From: the human T2T-CHM13v2.0 reference genome, Homo sapiens
Assembly: GCF_009914755.1 (NCBI RefSeq)
Contig: NC_060947.1
Strand: one strand, 5' to 3'
Length of the DNA: 64,000 bases
Part shown: positions 1 through 10,775 of the stretch, piece by piece
Layout: each line of letters begins with the position of its first letter
Position numbering within the stretch: position 1 is the stretch's first letter
Position numbers and translations under genes: made by a program
The notes under the pieces: model-generated
What the model saw: only the letters and a program-made list of their open reading frames with translations
Database searches by the model: none
What the model was told of the DNA's origin: nothing

Positions 1-704
1 CATTTTCATCCATTTTGTTACCATCCAAAATCTAGCCCGTGCTTACAATTGGTCAAATTGCACTTGAGATAACCTAGTTGGAATGCCTTTTTTAATGGAG
101 TCAGCTCTGGCTCTCCCTGCCCGGCAGAAAAGCACCTGGCCAGGGGCTTCTGGGCCACCCTTCCTGGGAAATTCAGCCTTATCGCTCAGGAAACCCTTGC
201 AGATGATGGGTGTCCATCACCTAGATCTTGGGCTGCGTTCAACAGCAGTGGGACAAAAGCAGACGACACCTTCCATTCCTGCCTGAGGTAGAGATTCCTC
301 TCTGTTCATCCCCCATTCGAAAGAAACTGCTCAGAGTTGCTTTCCATTCCAGGCTTTTCTCCCACACTCTGAGAATCTGGCTCTGGGCCCACCCAACTTC
401 ATTAGAGTCAGCTCCTTCAGAAGGAACTGAAGTTTCCCAAAGCCCAAAATGCCCCAGCTCAGGGCACTGACACTCCACTACTCTCACCCGGAGCGCCACA
501 CCCTCACCCCTCTCTTACATTTCCTCTACATCTTACAGGACTTCTCACCACCTTAATTATATGACTGCAGGTCCTAGGCTCTACAGCCCTATGGGTAGGC
601 GTGAGTCTGGCTTACCTTAGCATCCCCACTACTAACCCAGGGCCTCCCACAGAGCAGATGCTGAGTGAACGGAAAAGAAACGAGCCAGTGAAGAGGAAGA
701 ATTA

Positions 705-720
705 TTTATTCAGATTTAAT
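705..720 (-). terminator. MAGEA3: MAGEA3 polyadenylation signals (ATTAAA, AATAAA)
   Basis: + strand tttatt at 705-710 and tttaat at 715-720, about 550 nt after the stop codon. Confidence 0.85.
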
Positions 721-1258
721 TTCGCTTGCATTCTCAAAGAAGTCAAGGAAATCCTGGTTTGCATATTTGTTTAATTTTACAGAATAGATTGAGGTACAAG
801 GCAAGAATCAACTATCTTTTGATTTCTTGAGTTATCTCATGTATGTTATTGCTAATTCGCTCACAATTTTAAGCAAATACTTTTACCACTGCTATTATTA
901 TGTCACAATTCACAAAATGGAATGGATTTCCCAATTTGAGTAAAAAACAAGACTCTTACTCCTAAACTATATAAACAGCACTATGTGTGACTACTGTCAT
1001 TCATAAACCTGGATGCTGACGCTCATTCAACCATCCGTTAAAAGGAACATTTGAACAACTCCAACAGGAAACAAAGAATAATCTCAAAGTCATCCAACAG
1101 AACAGAAACCCACTACTAAGAATGCTGACTGCTCGCTTCAAAGAGTGAAGAATGGGCCTCACGTCACAGGAGGCAGTGGAAACTAAGGGATGCGGCCCCG
1201 GAAGGTGCACTGGCCCAGACCCCCTCCCACTGGCCCTGGCTGCAACTCGTGCTCAGAC

Positions 1259-2203
1259 TCACTCTTCCCCCTCTCTCAAAACCCACTCATGCAGGGGTGG
1301 GTAGGAAATGTGAGGTCCTCCACTGATCTTTACCATATGGTGCAGGACTTTCACATAGCTGGTTTCAACGAGGGCCCTTGGACCCCACAGGAATTCATAA
1401 CATGCAGGATCACTGCCGGGGACCTGCCGGTACTCCAGGTAGTTTTCCTGCACGAAATGTTGGGTGAGCAGCTTCTTGGGATCCCCCAAGATACTGTCTT
1501 CCCTCCCCTCAAACACCTCTAACACACTCAGCTCCTCCCAGATTTTCTCCTCAGGGGCACAGTCGCCCTCTCTTGCGATTATGGCCAGGACGATTATCAG
1601 GAGGCCTGCCTTGGGCATGATCTGATTGTCACCCAGCAGGCCATCGTAGGAGAGGCCCAGGCAGGTGGCAAAGATGTACAAGTGGCCGATGGGGTCCACT
1701 TCCATCAGCTCGATGCCAAAGACCAGCTGCAAGGAACTGGAAGCTTTGCTGAAGATCACAGGAAAGAAATACTGCCAATTTCCGACGACACTCCCCAGCA
1801 TTTCTGCCTTTGTGACCGGCTCCCTGGCTCGATACTTGAGGAGCAGAAAATGAACCAACTCGGCCACCTTCCTACTGAGTGCTGCTTGGAACTCGGACTC
1901 CAGGTCAGGGAAGGTGCTTGGCCCCTCCTCTTCTTGGTTGCTGGAGTCCTCATAGGATTGGCTCCAGAGAGGGTAGTTCATGGTAGTGGGGAGGCTGGAG
2001 GCTCCCTGAGGACTCTGGGGAGGATCTGGTGACTCGGCAGCAGGCACCTCCCCCAGGGTGACTTCAACTAGAGTAGAAGAGGAGGAGGCAGCCTCCTGCT
2101 CCTCAGTAGCAGGAGCCTGCGCACCCACCAGGCCCAGGGCCTCTCCTCGGGCCTCAAGGCCTTCTTCAGGCTTGCAGTGCTGACTCCTCTGCTCAAGAGG
2201 CAT
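1259..2203 (-). CDS. MAGEA3: Melanoma-associated antigen 3 (314 aa, CDS entirely within exon 3)
   Basis: ATG at 2203-2201 begins [20 protein letters not shown] and the frame ends LREGEE*. It has the MAGEA3 peptides [38 protein letters not shown] and FLWGPRALV; from recall MAGEA6 has KVAKLVHFL and EVDPIGHVY. The extra 28 N-terminal residues in the ORF track cross the exon 3 acceptor at 2269-2270. Confidence 0.97.
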   Translation of the reverse strand: MPLEQRSQHCKPEEGLEARGEALGLVGAQAPATEEQEAASSSSTLVEVTLGEVPAAESPDPPQSPQGASSLPTTMNYPLWSQSYEDSSNQEEEGPSTFPDLESEFQAALSRKVAELVHFLLLKYRAREPVTKAEMLGSVVGNWQYFFPVIFSKASSSLQLVFGIELMEVDPIGHLYIFATCLGLSYDGLLGDNQIMPKAGLLIIVLAIIAREGDCAPEEKIWEELSVLEVFEGREDSILGDPKKLLTQHFVQENYLEYRQVPGSDPACYEFLWGPRALVETSYVKVLHHMVKISGGPHISYPPLHEWVLREGEE

Positions 2204-2348
2204 GATGACTCTGGTCAGGGCAACAGGCGGGAGTGTGGGCAGGAGCTGGGCAATGGAGACCCACTGGCCTGGGGAGAGAGGGAGCATGTGAGAGACCTCA
2301 GCTGAGTACTGAATGGAACCTTGGAGGCTCTAACAAAGGCTTACTTAC

Positions 2349-2414
2349 AGATCTTCTCCTTCAGTGCTCCTCCGGGGGCCTCTGGTCCTCCAGGTCAGCC
2401 TGTCCCCTCAGAAC
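2349..2414 (-). other. MAGEA3: MAGEA3 non-coding exon 2 (66 bp)
   Basis: cttcag|GTTCTGAGGGGACAGG...GAGAAGATCT|gtaagt; canonical acceptor and donor; matches the recalled MAGEA3 5'UTR. Confidence 0.9.
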
Positions 2415-4049
2415 CTGAAGGAGGAAGTGAGAGGGCACCTCAGGGTACATCCGGCCAGCGCATGCTGAGGCTGCAGGACTGAAAGTATTGAGGGTGAGGC
2501 CAGGCGCTCTGGAGTCCATGTGTTCTGGGGCAGGTGGGGCCCTTGGTTTGAATCCAAGGCAAACCTTCACCGTTGGCACTATCTGAGCCCCCTCTACTCT
2601 GTGACCTGAGGACACTGCCTCAGACCAAGTCCTCACTGCCTTGTTCCTGGAGCTCCTGATTCCTGGGAGAGGAATCCACGGGCCCCCAATGTGCAGACAG
2701 CAAACGCAGCCACGGATTCCCAGAACTGTCAGGAGGGTTGGCCAGACTCTGTGAGGTCCCCACTCTACTGGGGTGGAGGATCCCCTCTGTGCTCACTCAG
2801 GGCCCTCACCTTTCTCCTTATAGGGCCTAATCCCTCCCTTCTGCTGGCCTGAGAATCTCTCATGTCAAGAACTCACATACCTGATATGGTACAGAAAAAC
2901 ATGAGGGGACCCACATCTGGCCATACATTCCCAGGTCCTCCCGGAAAGGACAACGAGAGATGTCCAAATTTATTGAAGTCCATGTACCCTGGGTGAGGAG
3001 ACTGCTTGGTCCTCACCTCCACTCCTAGTAGGGTCTGAGAGCCTCCCTCTACTGCCCTGAGTGCAGCCCCCTCAGACCAAGGCTTCCCCTTCCCTGACAT
3101 CAGTGATCCTAGGATAATGGAGGGACCTCAGCTGACAGCCCTGCCCAGGCTCTCTGAGGTAACAGCAGGAGCAGGGCAGATTTTTATGGGGCCCCCAGTC
3201 CGCATTCTGTCCCAGGGGTACCCTCAATCCTCCCTCAGTCTCTTCACCTGGATGCTTGGCAGATCCTAGGACCACTGCATCTGTCCACCACATAGGGGCC
3301 CCTTGGGGGTACACCTTGGGCCCTGCAGATCCTGGGATTCCTCCCTCTGCTGACCTGAAGTCCCACTCTTCAGACCACAGCCCTCAACTCTCTGGTCACC
3401 CTGAAGGCGCAATGAGCACAGAGCACATTTGGCCACTGTGCCCAGCATCCCCCAGCCCAAGGTTGCCACTGATCTGGACTCCAAGGTCCCCTCAGTCCTC
3501 CCTCTTCTTCCTCCCCATGACTCCTCGCAGGGCTGGGCCCCAACCCCCTGCTGAAGTGGGTCTGCATCCCTAGGATTCCCGTAGCCGAATGAAAAGGTGC
3601 CTCGGTTTGAGACAGGGGTACAGTGGGCCCCCTGTCCTGGCATGCTGGGTCCCCTCAGGACTCCACTGTCTTCCAGGAGGGCCTGGGCCCTTTCGCTGCC
3701 TCCCAACGGCCATACTCGCGATACCGAACCCCTTCCCTCCCTTAGCCGTAGATGTGAACCTCAGGACTCACGTGCCTGGCCGCCATTCCCGGAGCTTCCG
3801 TGACTTGATACCAGGGGCAAAGCCCGGATTCTGCCAGGATAGGGGTGGGGGTGGGGATGGGAATGGGGAATGGGGGATGGGGGTGGGGTTGGTGTTGGGG
3901 GACGGGAATGGTGGTGAGGGTGGTGGTTAGGCTGCCCTCAGTTCCCTCTCGGGGTCCTGACCTTGATTCCTGCCACAGCGTGGGCCCTGACCTCTTCTAA
4001 CCAGCCCTGCCCTGGCCACATTAAGCTCTGTCCCCAGAGTTCCCCGTGG

Positions 4050-4950
4050 CTAAAGCGGCGGGGGTCGGCGGGGTGAGGTAGTGGCGACCCAGCCTGGAAG
4101 TCTTCCCCTGCGGGGTGGCCCAGGCCCGGCAGCAGAGGCAGCACTGGATTATTTGAGGCCCTCTGTCTGAGGTGAGGCCCGCCTCAGTCCTCCCTCAGCG
4201 TCTTACCTTGCCTCCTCACCGAGCCTGGGCCGGCTTCCCTCCGCCGACGTCAGGCCGTCGCTCGTTGCTCAGGGCGAGAATCTCGCGGTCTTCTGACCTC
4301 CAATGCGCAAGTCAGTGGCGTCACATCCTGGCAACGGTACTACCCTGGGTTCCGGGCAGGGGTGGAACTGGATTCTGCCTGGATGGGGATCGGATGGGGG
4401 TGGAGGTAAGCATGAAGATGGTGATGGGGCAAGGGGTAAGGATTGGGACGGGGGTCCTGAGGCTGTAGATCCTGGTGGGGTCGGGGGAGTTGGGGGTGGG
4501 TGGGCGGGGCCTTCGGTCATCCCTCAGGGTCCTGAAGTTGATGCCTGGCTGAGCCTGGACCGCCATCCTCTGCAGATTGCTTCTGCTCCCCTCAGACCAA
4601 GTCTCTGACTCTGAGTCCCCCTGAAGTGGCATTGGGGGAAGGGGTGTGGTCTGGGTGACATCACTGCCTGCGTTTACCAGGGCTGACAAGAGGGGCTGAG
4701 CTGGATTCTGTGGTCCCTCTATGGTGTGTGGGGTGGGGGGGCGGTGTGGACCCTCAGTCCTCACTCAGGAGGGTCGTCTTCGTCACCTCTGGCTGTTGGA
4801 TGAAGTGATGGGCAGGAGATGCTCTGTTTCTGTCACCTGTGAGCATTTGCACAGCTGCACCCCTTGTAGAGAATGCCTGCGGGTCCCAGGCCAGGTGCTC
4901 CCTGCAGGGCGGGGCGGCAGCTCCCGCGGTTGTAGTGACCTCCTATTTCA
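4050..4950. promoter_or_regulatory. MAGEA3 CpG-rich germline promoter, probably bidirectional
   Basis: Local CpG cluster, Ets-like cores (acatcctgg ~4323, ttccgg ~4349), GC boxes (gggcgggg ~4502) and G-tracts. MAGE-A promoters are known to be silenced by methylation and to depend on Ets sites. Confidence 0.7.
4207..4284 (-). other. MAGEA3: MAGEA3 non-coding exon 1
   Basis: GAGATTCTCGCCCTGAGCAACGAG...GAGGAGGCAAG|gtaaga; CpG-rich; matches the recalled mRNA 5' end. TSS approximate. Confidence 0.85.
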
Positions 4951-5382
4951 GTCTTTGTGTTCTGTTGAAAGAATTTTTTTTTTTTAAAAATGTAATTCCT
5001 CTGCCACTATGGTGGTTTCAGGTTGTTATTAGCAGAACTCTGGAGTCATACTGCCTTAACCAACCAAATTTTCCTGGTGTCCTGCTATTACCTAGGGCTC
5101 TTGGCATCGTGTTTTCAGAGGCTGCCTCAGATTGTGCAAAGAAGTGAAGTGGAAAATTTCAAACTTTTATTCTACCCATTCTGTCATCTACCGTGTAGGC
5201 CGGCTACAAACCTCCCCAACATCCCTGCTGCTAACCCCCTCCAACCAACACTGCAAGTGTCAAACACAAGTACCAGCTCAACACAGCCTTGAGTCTCACC
5301 CTGGGCTTTCCCTGTTTTGTTGCGTAGATTTTGTTGCTGATACTGGTTTTTTATTTACTGTTTCCATTCTGTAATTTTCCAG

Positions 5383-5441
5383 GTTTGATTTGGGAAGCAG
5401 AGCACAGCAGCCCAAATTTGTTGTAATGGCGGCGGCTACAG
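5383..5441 (+). pseudogene. CSAG-like first coding exon (MAAAT-A) of a divergent transcript from the MAGEA3 promoter
   Basis: ctgtaattttccag|GTTTGATTTGGG...GTAATGGCGGCGGCTACAG|gtaagg; ATG at 5426 in good Kozak context; resembles the recalled CSAG1 start MSATTA. Confidence 0.7.
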
Positions 5442-7194
5442 GTAAGGCACTAAATTGTAAATAATTTAAGCTGAGTTTACATTTTTACAGTGTTGTGCTC
5501 CCCATGAATGAATATGTTATACTCCTCTATGTATTTCAAGCTTTTTTTTACCTGAATATGTCAGTATACTTCGACAGTTGTCTCTATAAAGACCTTATAC
5601 ATTTTTATTAGACTTCTTTTCAGGCAATTCATGAATTTTGTTGCTATTGCAAATGGCATATTGTCTATTAATTGTTGTAGTTAGTTATTGCTTTCGTGAG
5701 GTGAAGATTTTGATTTTGCTGTAGTAATCTGTTGCACTCCTCGTTCTGAAGGCCGATGCACTTGAATATTCCACATACCTTTTCCTTTGAATTTTCAAGA
5801 TCGATAATGGTATTATCACTAAACATTACATATTCTTCCAGTATTCATACCACTTACTCATTTTGGTACTTATAGCTCTTTGTGTCTCAATCCTGATTTC
5901 AATCGTAGAGATAATAGCCTACATCTACTTCTCGTTCCTGACGTGAATGATAATTATTCGAACGTTTTGCATTTAAGTATGTTTGCTGTTGATTTTAGGA
6001 AGTGCAATTTCTCTTTGAATATAGGTTAAATACTTTTTTTTTTTTTACCATGAACTCATATTAAATTTCTTTAAAAAGCTTTTTCTGTACCCGTTGACAC
6101 AATCAAATTTTTTTCTCCTCCATTTTGTATGTAAGGAATTACAATGAAACCGTTTTTTTTTTTTCCCCTAATGTTAAACCGTATGTTATTTCCTTGGGCA
6201 GAGCCTGTTTATTTAATATGCTAGTAATTTACGTAGGATATTTGCTGCTATGTAAGGGAGCTTACTTAATGTGTGCTTTTTTTCCCATCAAGGGTGGGAT
6301 GTGGTCCTCATCTGGTTTTTGAATCCAGGAGGGCTAGTCTGGAAGAATGAATTGAACAATTGTAAATATTTTGTATGTTCTAGAAGAGATGAGATAAGAT
6401 GGTGGTTAGTTTTCCCTGATCATTTGGTAGAATTGGCCTCCAATACTGCCTAACCTGGAATGTTTGAAGGTGGCTTGAGCTTTGAATATTGTACAGTTTC
6501 AGTTTTTATAGTTTAATTAAAGTTTTCTTTTTCTTTTTGGATCAGTTTGGTTACTGGTTTATTTTATTTCTACAAAGTGGTCAGTTTCATTTAGGATTTC
6601 ACTTTTAATGGCATATTTATTATAAAAAAAGTTTTACTAGGGAAAGCCTTCACACGTACAGAATAATAGGAACTAATGTAATGAACCCAGGATACTAGAT
6701 ACCCAGCATGAACAACTTTAAATACACAGCAAATCTGGTTCCAGTTAGACACTTGCCTACCTGCACATCAGCTTCTGGAATAACGTGGAGCGAATCTAAG
6801 GCATTAGACCATTTCATCTCGAAATAACTCAATATGCATTTTTAAAAGATAAGGACGTTTTATTAAACAGAATCCCAATAGTTTTCATATCTGAAAAATT
6901 ATATAAATGATTATCAAATATTCAACTATTTTACATGCTTATCTGGCCGACTTATACTTTATAAAAAACATATTTCTTTGATGGAGTACCCAAATATGGT
7001 AACTTTCCCGCCACTTGCTTCACTGTAGTGGTTTCATACATGTATAATACAGCTAGGTTTGTGTGTGTGTGTAACATTCTACATTCTGTCCCATGATTCT
7101 CCAACTTCTTAAGTTACTTTTAGACTTTACATACATTAAGCTTCACTCTTTGTGCTGTAAAGATCTATGGGTTTTGACAAATGCCTCGTGCCGT

Positions 7195-7558
7195 TGTCTT
7201 AGTCCCTTTGGGCTTCCATAACAAAAATAGTGTAGACTGGGTGGCTTATAAACAACACAACTTTATTTCTCACATTCTAGAGGTTGGGAAGTCCAAGATC
7301 AAGGTGCTGGCAGATTTCATGTCTGATGGAGACCTGCTCCCTAGTTCATAGACAGTTGCCTTTTCCCTATGTCCTCACATGGAAGAAGGGGCAAGGGATC
7401 TCTGTGGGGTCTATTTTATAAAAACACTGATCCCATTCATGAGGACTCTGCTCTCATGAACTAGTCATTCTCCAAATACCCCACCTTCTACCTAATACCA
7501 TCACCTTGGTATTTCAGCAGATGAAGTTTGTGGGAACACAAATATTCAGATGAAAGCA
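7195..7558 (-). mobile_element. MLT1A-type MaLR solo LTR inside an old L1 (L1MC-like, ~7100-8830)
   Basis: tgtcttagtcc...gactgggtggcttataaacaac...gaagtccaagatcaaggtgctggcag; flanks are typical antisense L1M 3' sequence. Confidence 0.75.
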
Positions 7559-8834
7559 AGCACGGAACCACCATTACAGTATTACCATACTAGTTTCACT
7601 GCCCTGATAAATCCCCTGTGCTTGTCAGATAACCCCCTTGGCTGCCACTGATAGGTGTTTCATCTTTATAATTTTGCCTTTTCCTGAATGTCATATAAAT
7701 AGACTCGCATACTATGTAGCCTTTTTAGACTGGTTTCTTTCACCTAGCATAATGAACTGAAGAGTCATGTATAACTTTGTGTGGCTCAGAACTTATTCCT
7801 TTTCATTGAGGAGTAGTAGTATCATTGTCTGGTTGTACCATAGTGCGTGTGTATATATATATCCATCCACCAAATGAAATACATTTTGGATGCTTCTATT
7901 TTTGGTGATTATGAAATAATCTTTTGTATACAATCGTATACAAATTTTTATGTAGACGTAAGTTTTCACGTCAATTGGGTAAATTGATTATGACTGCTGA
8001 ATCTTATGCTGTGTTCAGTTTTTTAAGAAAACGCCAAATTGTCTTCCAAAGTGGCTGTACCATGTTGCATTTCCACCAGCAATGAATGAGAGTTTCTGTT
8101 GCTCCACATCTTCCCTGGCAATTGATCTTGGTTTTCTTTTCTTTTTTTTTTTTTTTTTGCTTTTTTATGGATTTTGGACATTCTAATAGGTGTGTAGTGG
8201 TATCTCATTTTAGTACACAGTTATCTAATGAGAACGGATTCTCAGTACTTTTTTATGCTTATTTGCCATGTGTATATCTTCTTTTGTGAGGAGTGTGTTC
8301 AGATCTTTGCCTATTTTCATGTTTTTTCTGTCGTTGAACTTTAAGAATTCGTGTATGTTGTAGAGATATGTTCTTTATCACATATGTGTACCACCGATGT
8401 TTTCTGCTAGTCTGTGGCTTCTGTTTTCATTCTCTTAACATTGTCCTTTGAAGAGCACATGATGTTTATTTTAATAAAATCTACTTGGTAAATTTTTCTT
8501 TCATTGATCATGCTTTTGGTGTTGAATTTAAAAACTCACCACTGAACTCAAAGTTATGTGAATTTTCTCTTATGTTTTCTTATAGAGGGTTGTATAGTTT
8601 TTGCATTTTGCATTAGGTCTGTGATTTATATCGAGTTAATTTTTCTGGAATATGTAAGGATGTTTCTAGGTTATTATAATTTGCCTGTAGATGTCTAATT
8701 GTTCAGGCACCTTTTGCTGGAAAAACTGTACTTTCACCATTATTGCCTTTGTTGTGAATCACCTGACTATAAGTGTGCAGGTCTATTTCTGAGCTCTATT
8801 CTGTTTTATTAATCTATGTGTGCATTCTTTGCTA

Positions 8835-9253
8835 ATGCTTATGTCCTCCACCAAATTCATACTTTGAAGCCCTCAGCCCCGGGGTGTCTGCATTTGGAGA
8901 TGAGGCCTCTAAGGAAGTAATTAATATTAAAAGAGGTCATAAGGGTGGGGCCTTGATCCCATAGGATTAGTATGGTTATAAGCAGTTAGAAGAGACAGAA
9001 GAAATTACTTGTGTGCCTGCACTAGCTCTCTCTCTCTCTCTCTCTCTGCACATGCACAGAGGAAAGGCCAAGAACGGATATATTGAGAAAGGGCTATCTA
9101 CAAGCCAGGAATAAGGCCGTCACCAGAAACCAACCCTGCCAGTCCTTGATCTGGGACTTCCATACTTCAAAACTGTGAAAAAAAATAAATTTGTTTTGTT
9201 TCAGCTACTCAGTCCATGGCATTTTGTTAGGGCAGCCTGAGCTTACTAAGACA
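8835..9253 (+). mobile_element. MLT1A-type MaLR LTR
   Basis: aaattcata...tttggagatgaggcctctaaggaagtaatt...ggcagcctgagcttactaagaca. Confidence 0.75.
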
Positions 9254-9370
9254 TAACCTCAGGTAACACAATTTTTTTTTGTTTTCTCCTACAGAAAAAA
9301 AAAAAACCCATAATTTTGACATTTAAGTCTGTGGTTCATTTTGAGTTACATTTTTGTATGGTGTAAGATA

Positions 9371-9725
9371 TGTGCGATGGTTAGTATTATGTGTCAACTT
9401 GTCTAGGCTATAGTGCTCAGCCGTGTGGTCAAACAGTAGTCTAGATGTTGTTGTGAAGGTATTTTGTAGTTGTGATTGACATTTACCATCAGTTGACTTT
9501 AAGGGAAGCAGTTTAATCTCCATAATGTGGATGGGCCTCATCCAGTTAGTTGAAGGTGTTAAGAGAAAAGACTAAGGTTTCCTGGAAAAGGAATTCTACC
9601 GCAAGACTAACATAAAAATGTTGTGTGAGTTTCTAGCCTGCTGGCCTGCCTCACAGATTTGGGATATACAAGACCTCATAATCACATGAGATAATTCCTT
9701 ATGAAACCTTTATCTTTCTTTCTCT
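9371..9725 (+). mobile_element. MLT2 (ERVL) LTR carrying the CSAG2/3-like N-terminal reading frame
   Basis: gatggttagtattatgtgtcaacttgtctaggctatagtg is an MLT2 5' end. 9525-9650 translates MWMGLIQLVEGVKRKD*GFLEKEFYRKTNIKMLCEFLACWPA. Confidence 0.85.
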
Positions 9726-10047
9726 CCCTCCCTTTTTACATAGATAGATATGTAGGTAGGTAGCTAGATAGATAGATAGACAGGAAGAAAGCAATTACGG
9801 ATTGAAATTCAGTTTTGCATATAGATATCCAGTTGTTCTAGACCCAGTTGAATACACTATCATTTCTCTCCTCGAATCTTCATTTGTATCTTTATCAATA
9901 TTTGACTTATATATATATGCATATACATGTGGATCCATTCCTGGACTTTACTCTCTTCTTTTTATGTGTTTCTAAATTTAGGACAATTCCACACTATACT
10001 GATTATTGTTAGTTAATAAACCTTCAAATGAAGTAGGGGAACCCCTC

Positions 10048-10537
10048 TGTATTTATTCCTTTTCACACAGCTGATAAAGCATACCAGAGACTGGGAATGT
10101 TACAAAAGAAAGATGTTTATTGGACTTGCAGTTCCACGTGGCTGGGTAGGCCTCACAATCATGGTGGAAGGCAAGGAGGAGCAAGTCACGTCTTACATGG
10201 ATGGCGGCAGACAAAGAGAGAGAGAGCTTGTACAGGGAAACTGCCGTTTTTAAAACCATCAGATCTCTTGAGACTTATTCACTATCACGAGAACAGTATG
10301 GGAAAGACCCAACCCCATGATTCAATTATCTCCCACTGGGTCCCTCCCACAACATGTGGGAATATTGGGAGCTACAAGATGAGATTTGTGTGGGGACACA
10401 GAGCCAAACAATATCATTCCACATGTGGCCCCTCCCAAATCTCATGTCTTCACCTTTCAAAACCAATCCTGCCTTCCCAACAGTCCCCCAAAGTCTTAAC
10501 TCATTTCAGCGTTAACGCAAAAGCCCACAGTCCAAAT
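10048..10537 (-). mobile_element. THE1 LTR (10048-10416) plus adjoining THE1-internal fragment
   Basis: gctgataaagcataccagagactggg...ggaggagcaagtcacgtcttacatggatggcggcag...gggacacagagccaaacaatatca, followed by ggcccctcccaaatctcatgtc. Confidence 0.85.
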
Positions 10538-10775
10538 CTTGAGAAGTTGTCAAAGGACACTCAGTTTTCTTCAGTTAATAATGTAAAAGGACTGCACTGA
10601 CGTGGTTAAATTCCCAGGACTCTCAGTTCTTTAGGAATGGACTAAATATCTGGTATCGTCACTTACAAAAGTGTCTTGAACTTGATATAGTTTATGTTCA
10701 GAAATTGGTTCATATTTTTTATTTTTATCTTTTAATTCAATTTTTTTTCATGAGCTTTTTGAAGGCCCCCGGATA
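10538..10775 (+). mobile_element. HSMAR2 mariner transposon 3' fragment
   Basis: ttttcttcagttaataatgtaaaa...ggttaaattcccaggac...cacttacaaaagtgtcttgaacttgat...tttttgaaggcccccggata resembles the HSMAR2 end and TIR. Confidence 0.7.

Larger units (their letters stand above)
690..2268 (-). other. MAGEA3: MAGEA3 exon 3 (5'UTR end, CDS, 3'UTR)
   Basis: Acceptor ctctctccccag|GCCAGTGG at 2268; poly(A) signals ATTAAA (715-720) and AATAAA (705-710) on the minus strand. The 3' end is approximate. Confidence 0.9.

Noticed and set aside
228-499. Similar short ORFs at 228-499 and 15029-15469 suggesting a conserved small gene
   Set aside because: The similarity comes from the segmental duplication of the MAGE 3' flank; frames and stops differ between the copies.
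2204-2287. 28-aa N-terminal extension of MAGEA3 in the ORF track (342 aa)
   Set aside because: The upstream ATG lies in intron 2, beyond the exon 3 acceptor at 2268; the real start is 2203.
10097-10600. 167-aa ORF and other long ORFs (11256-11774, 17468-17932, 37074-37406, 41446-41763, 51892-52290)
   Set aside because: They lie in THE1, MLT or Alu repeats and translate to typical repeat-derived peptides.
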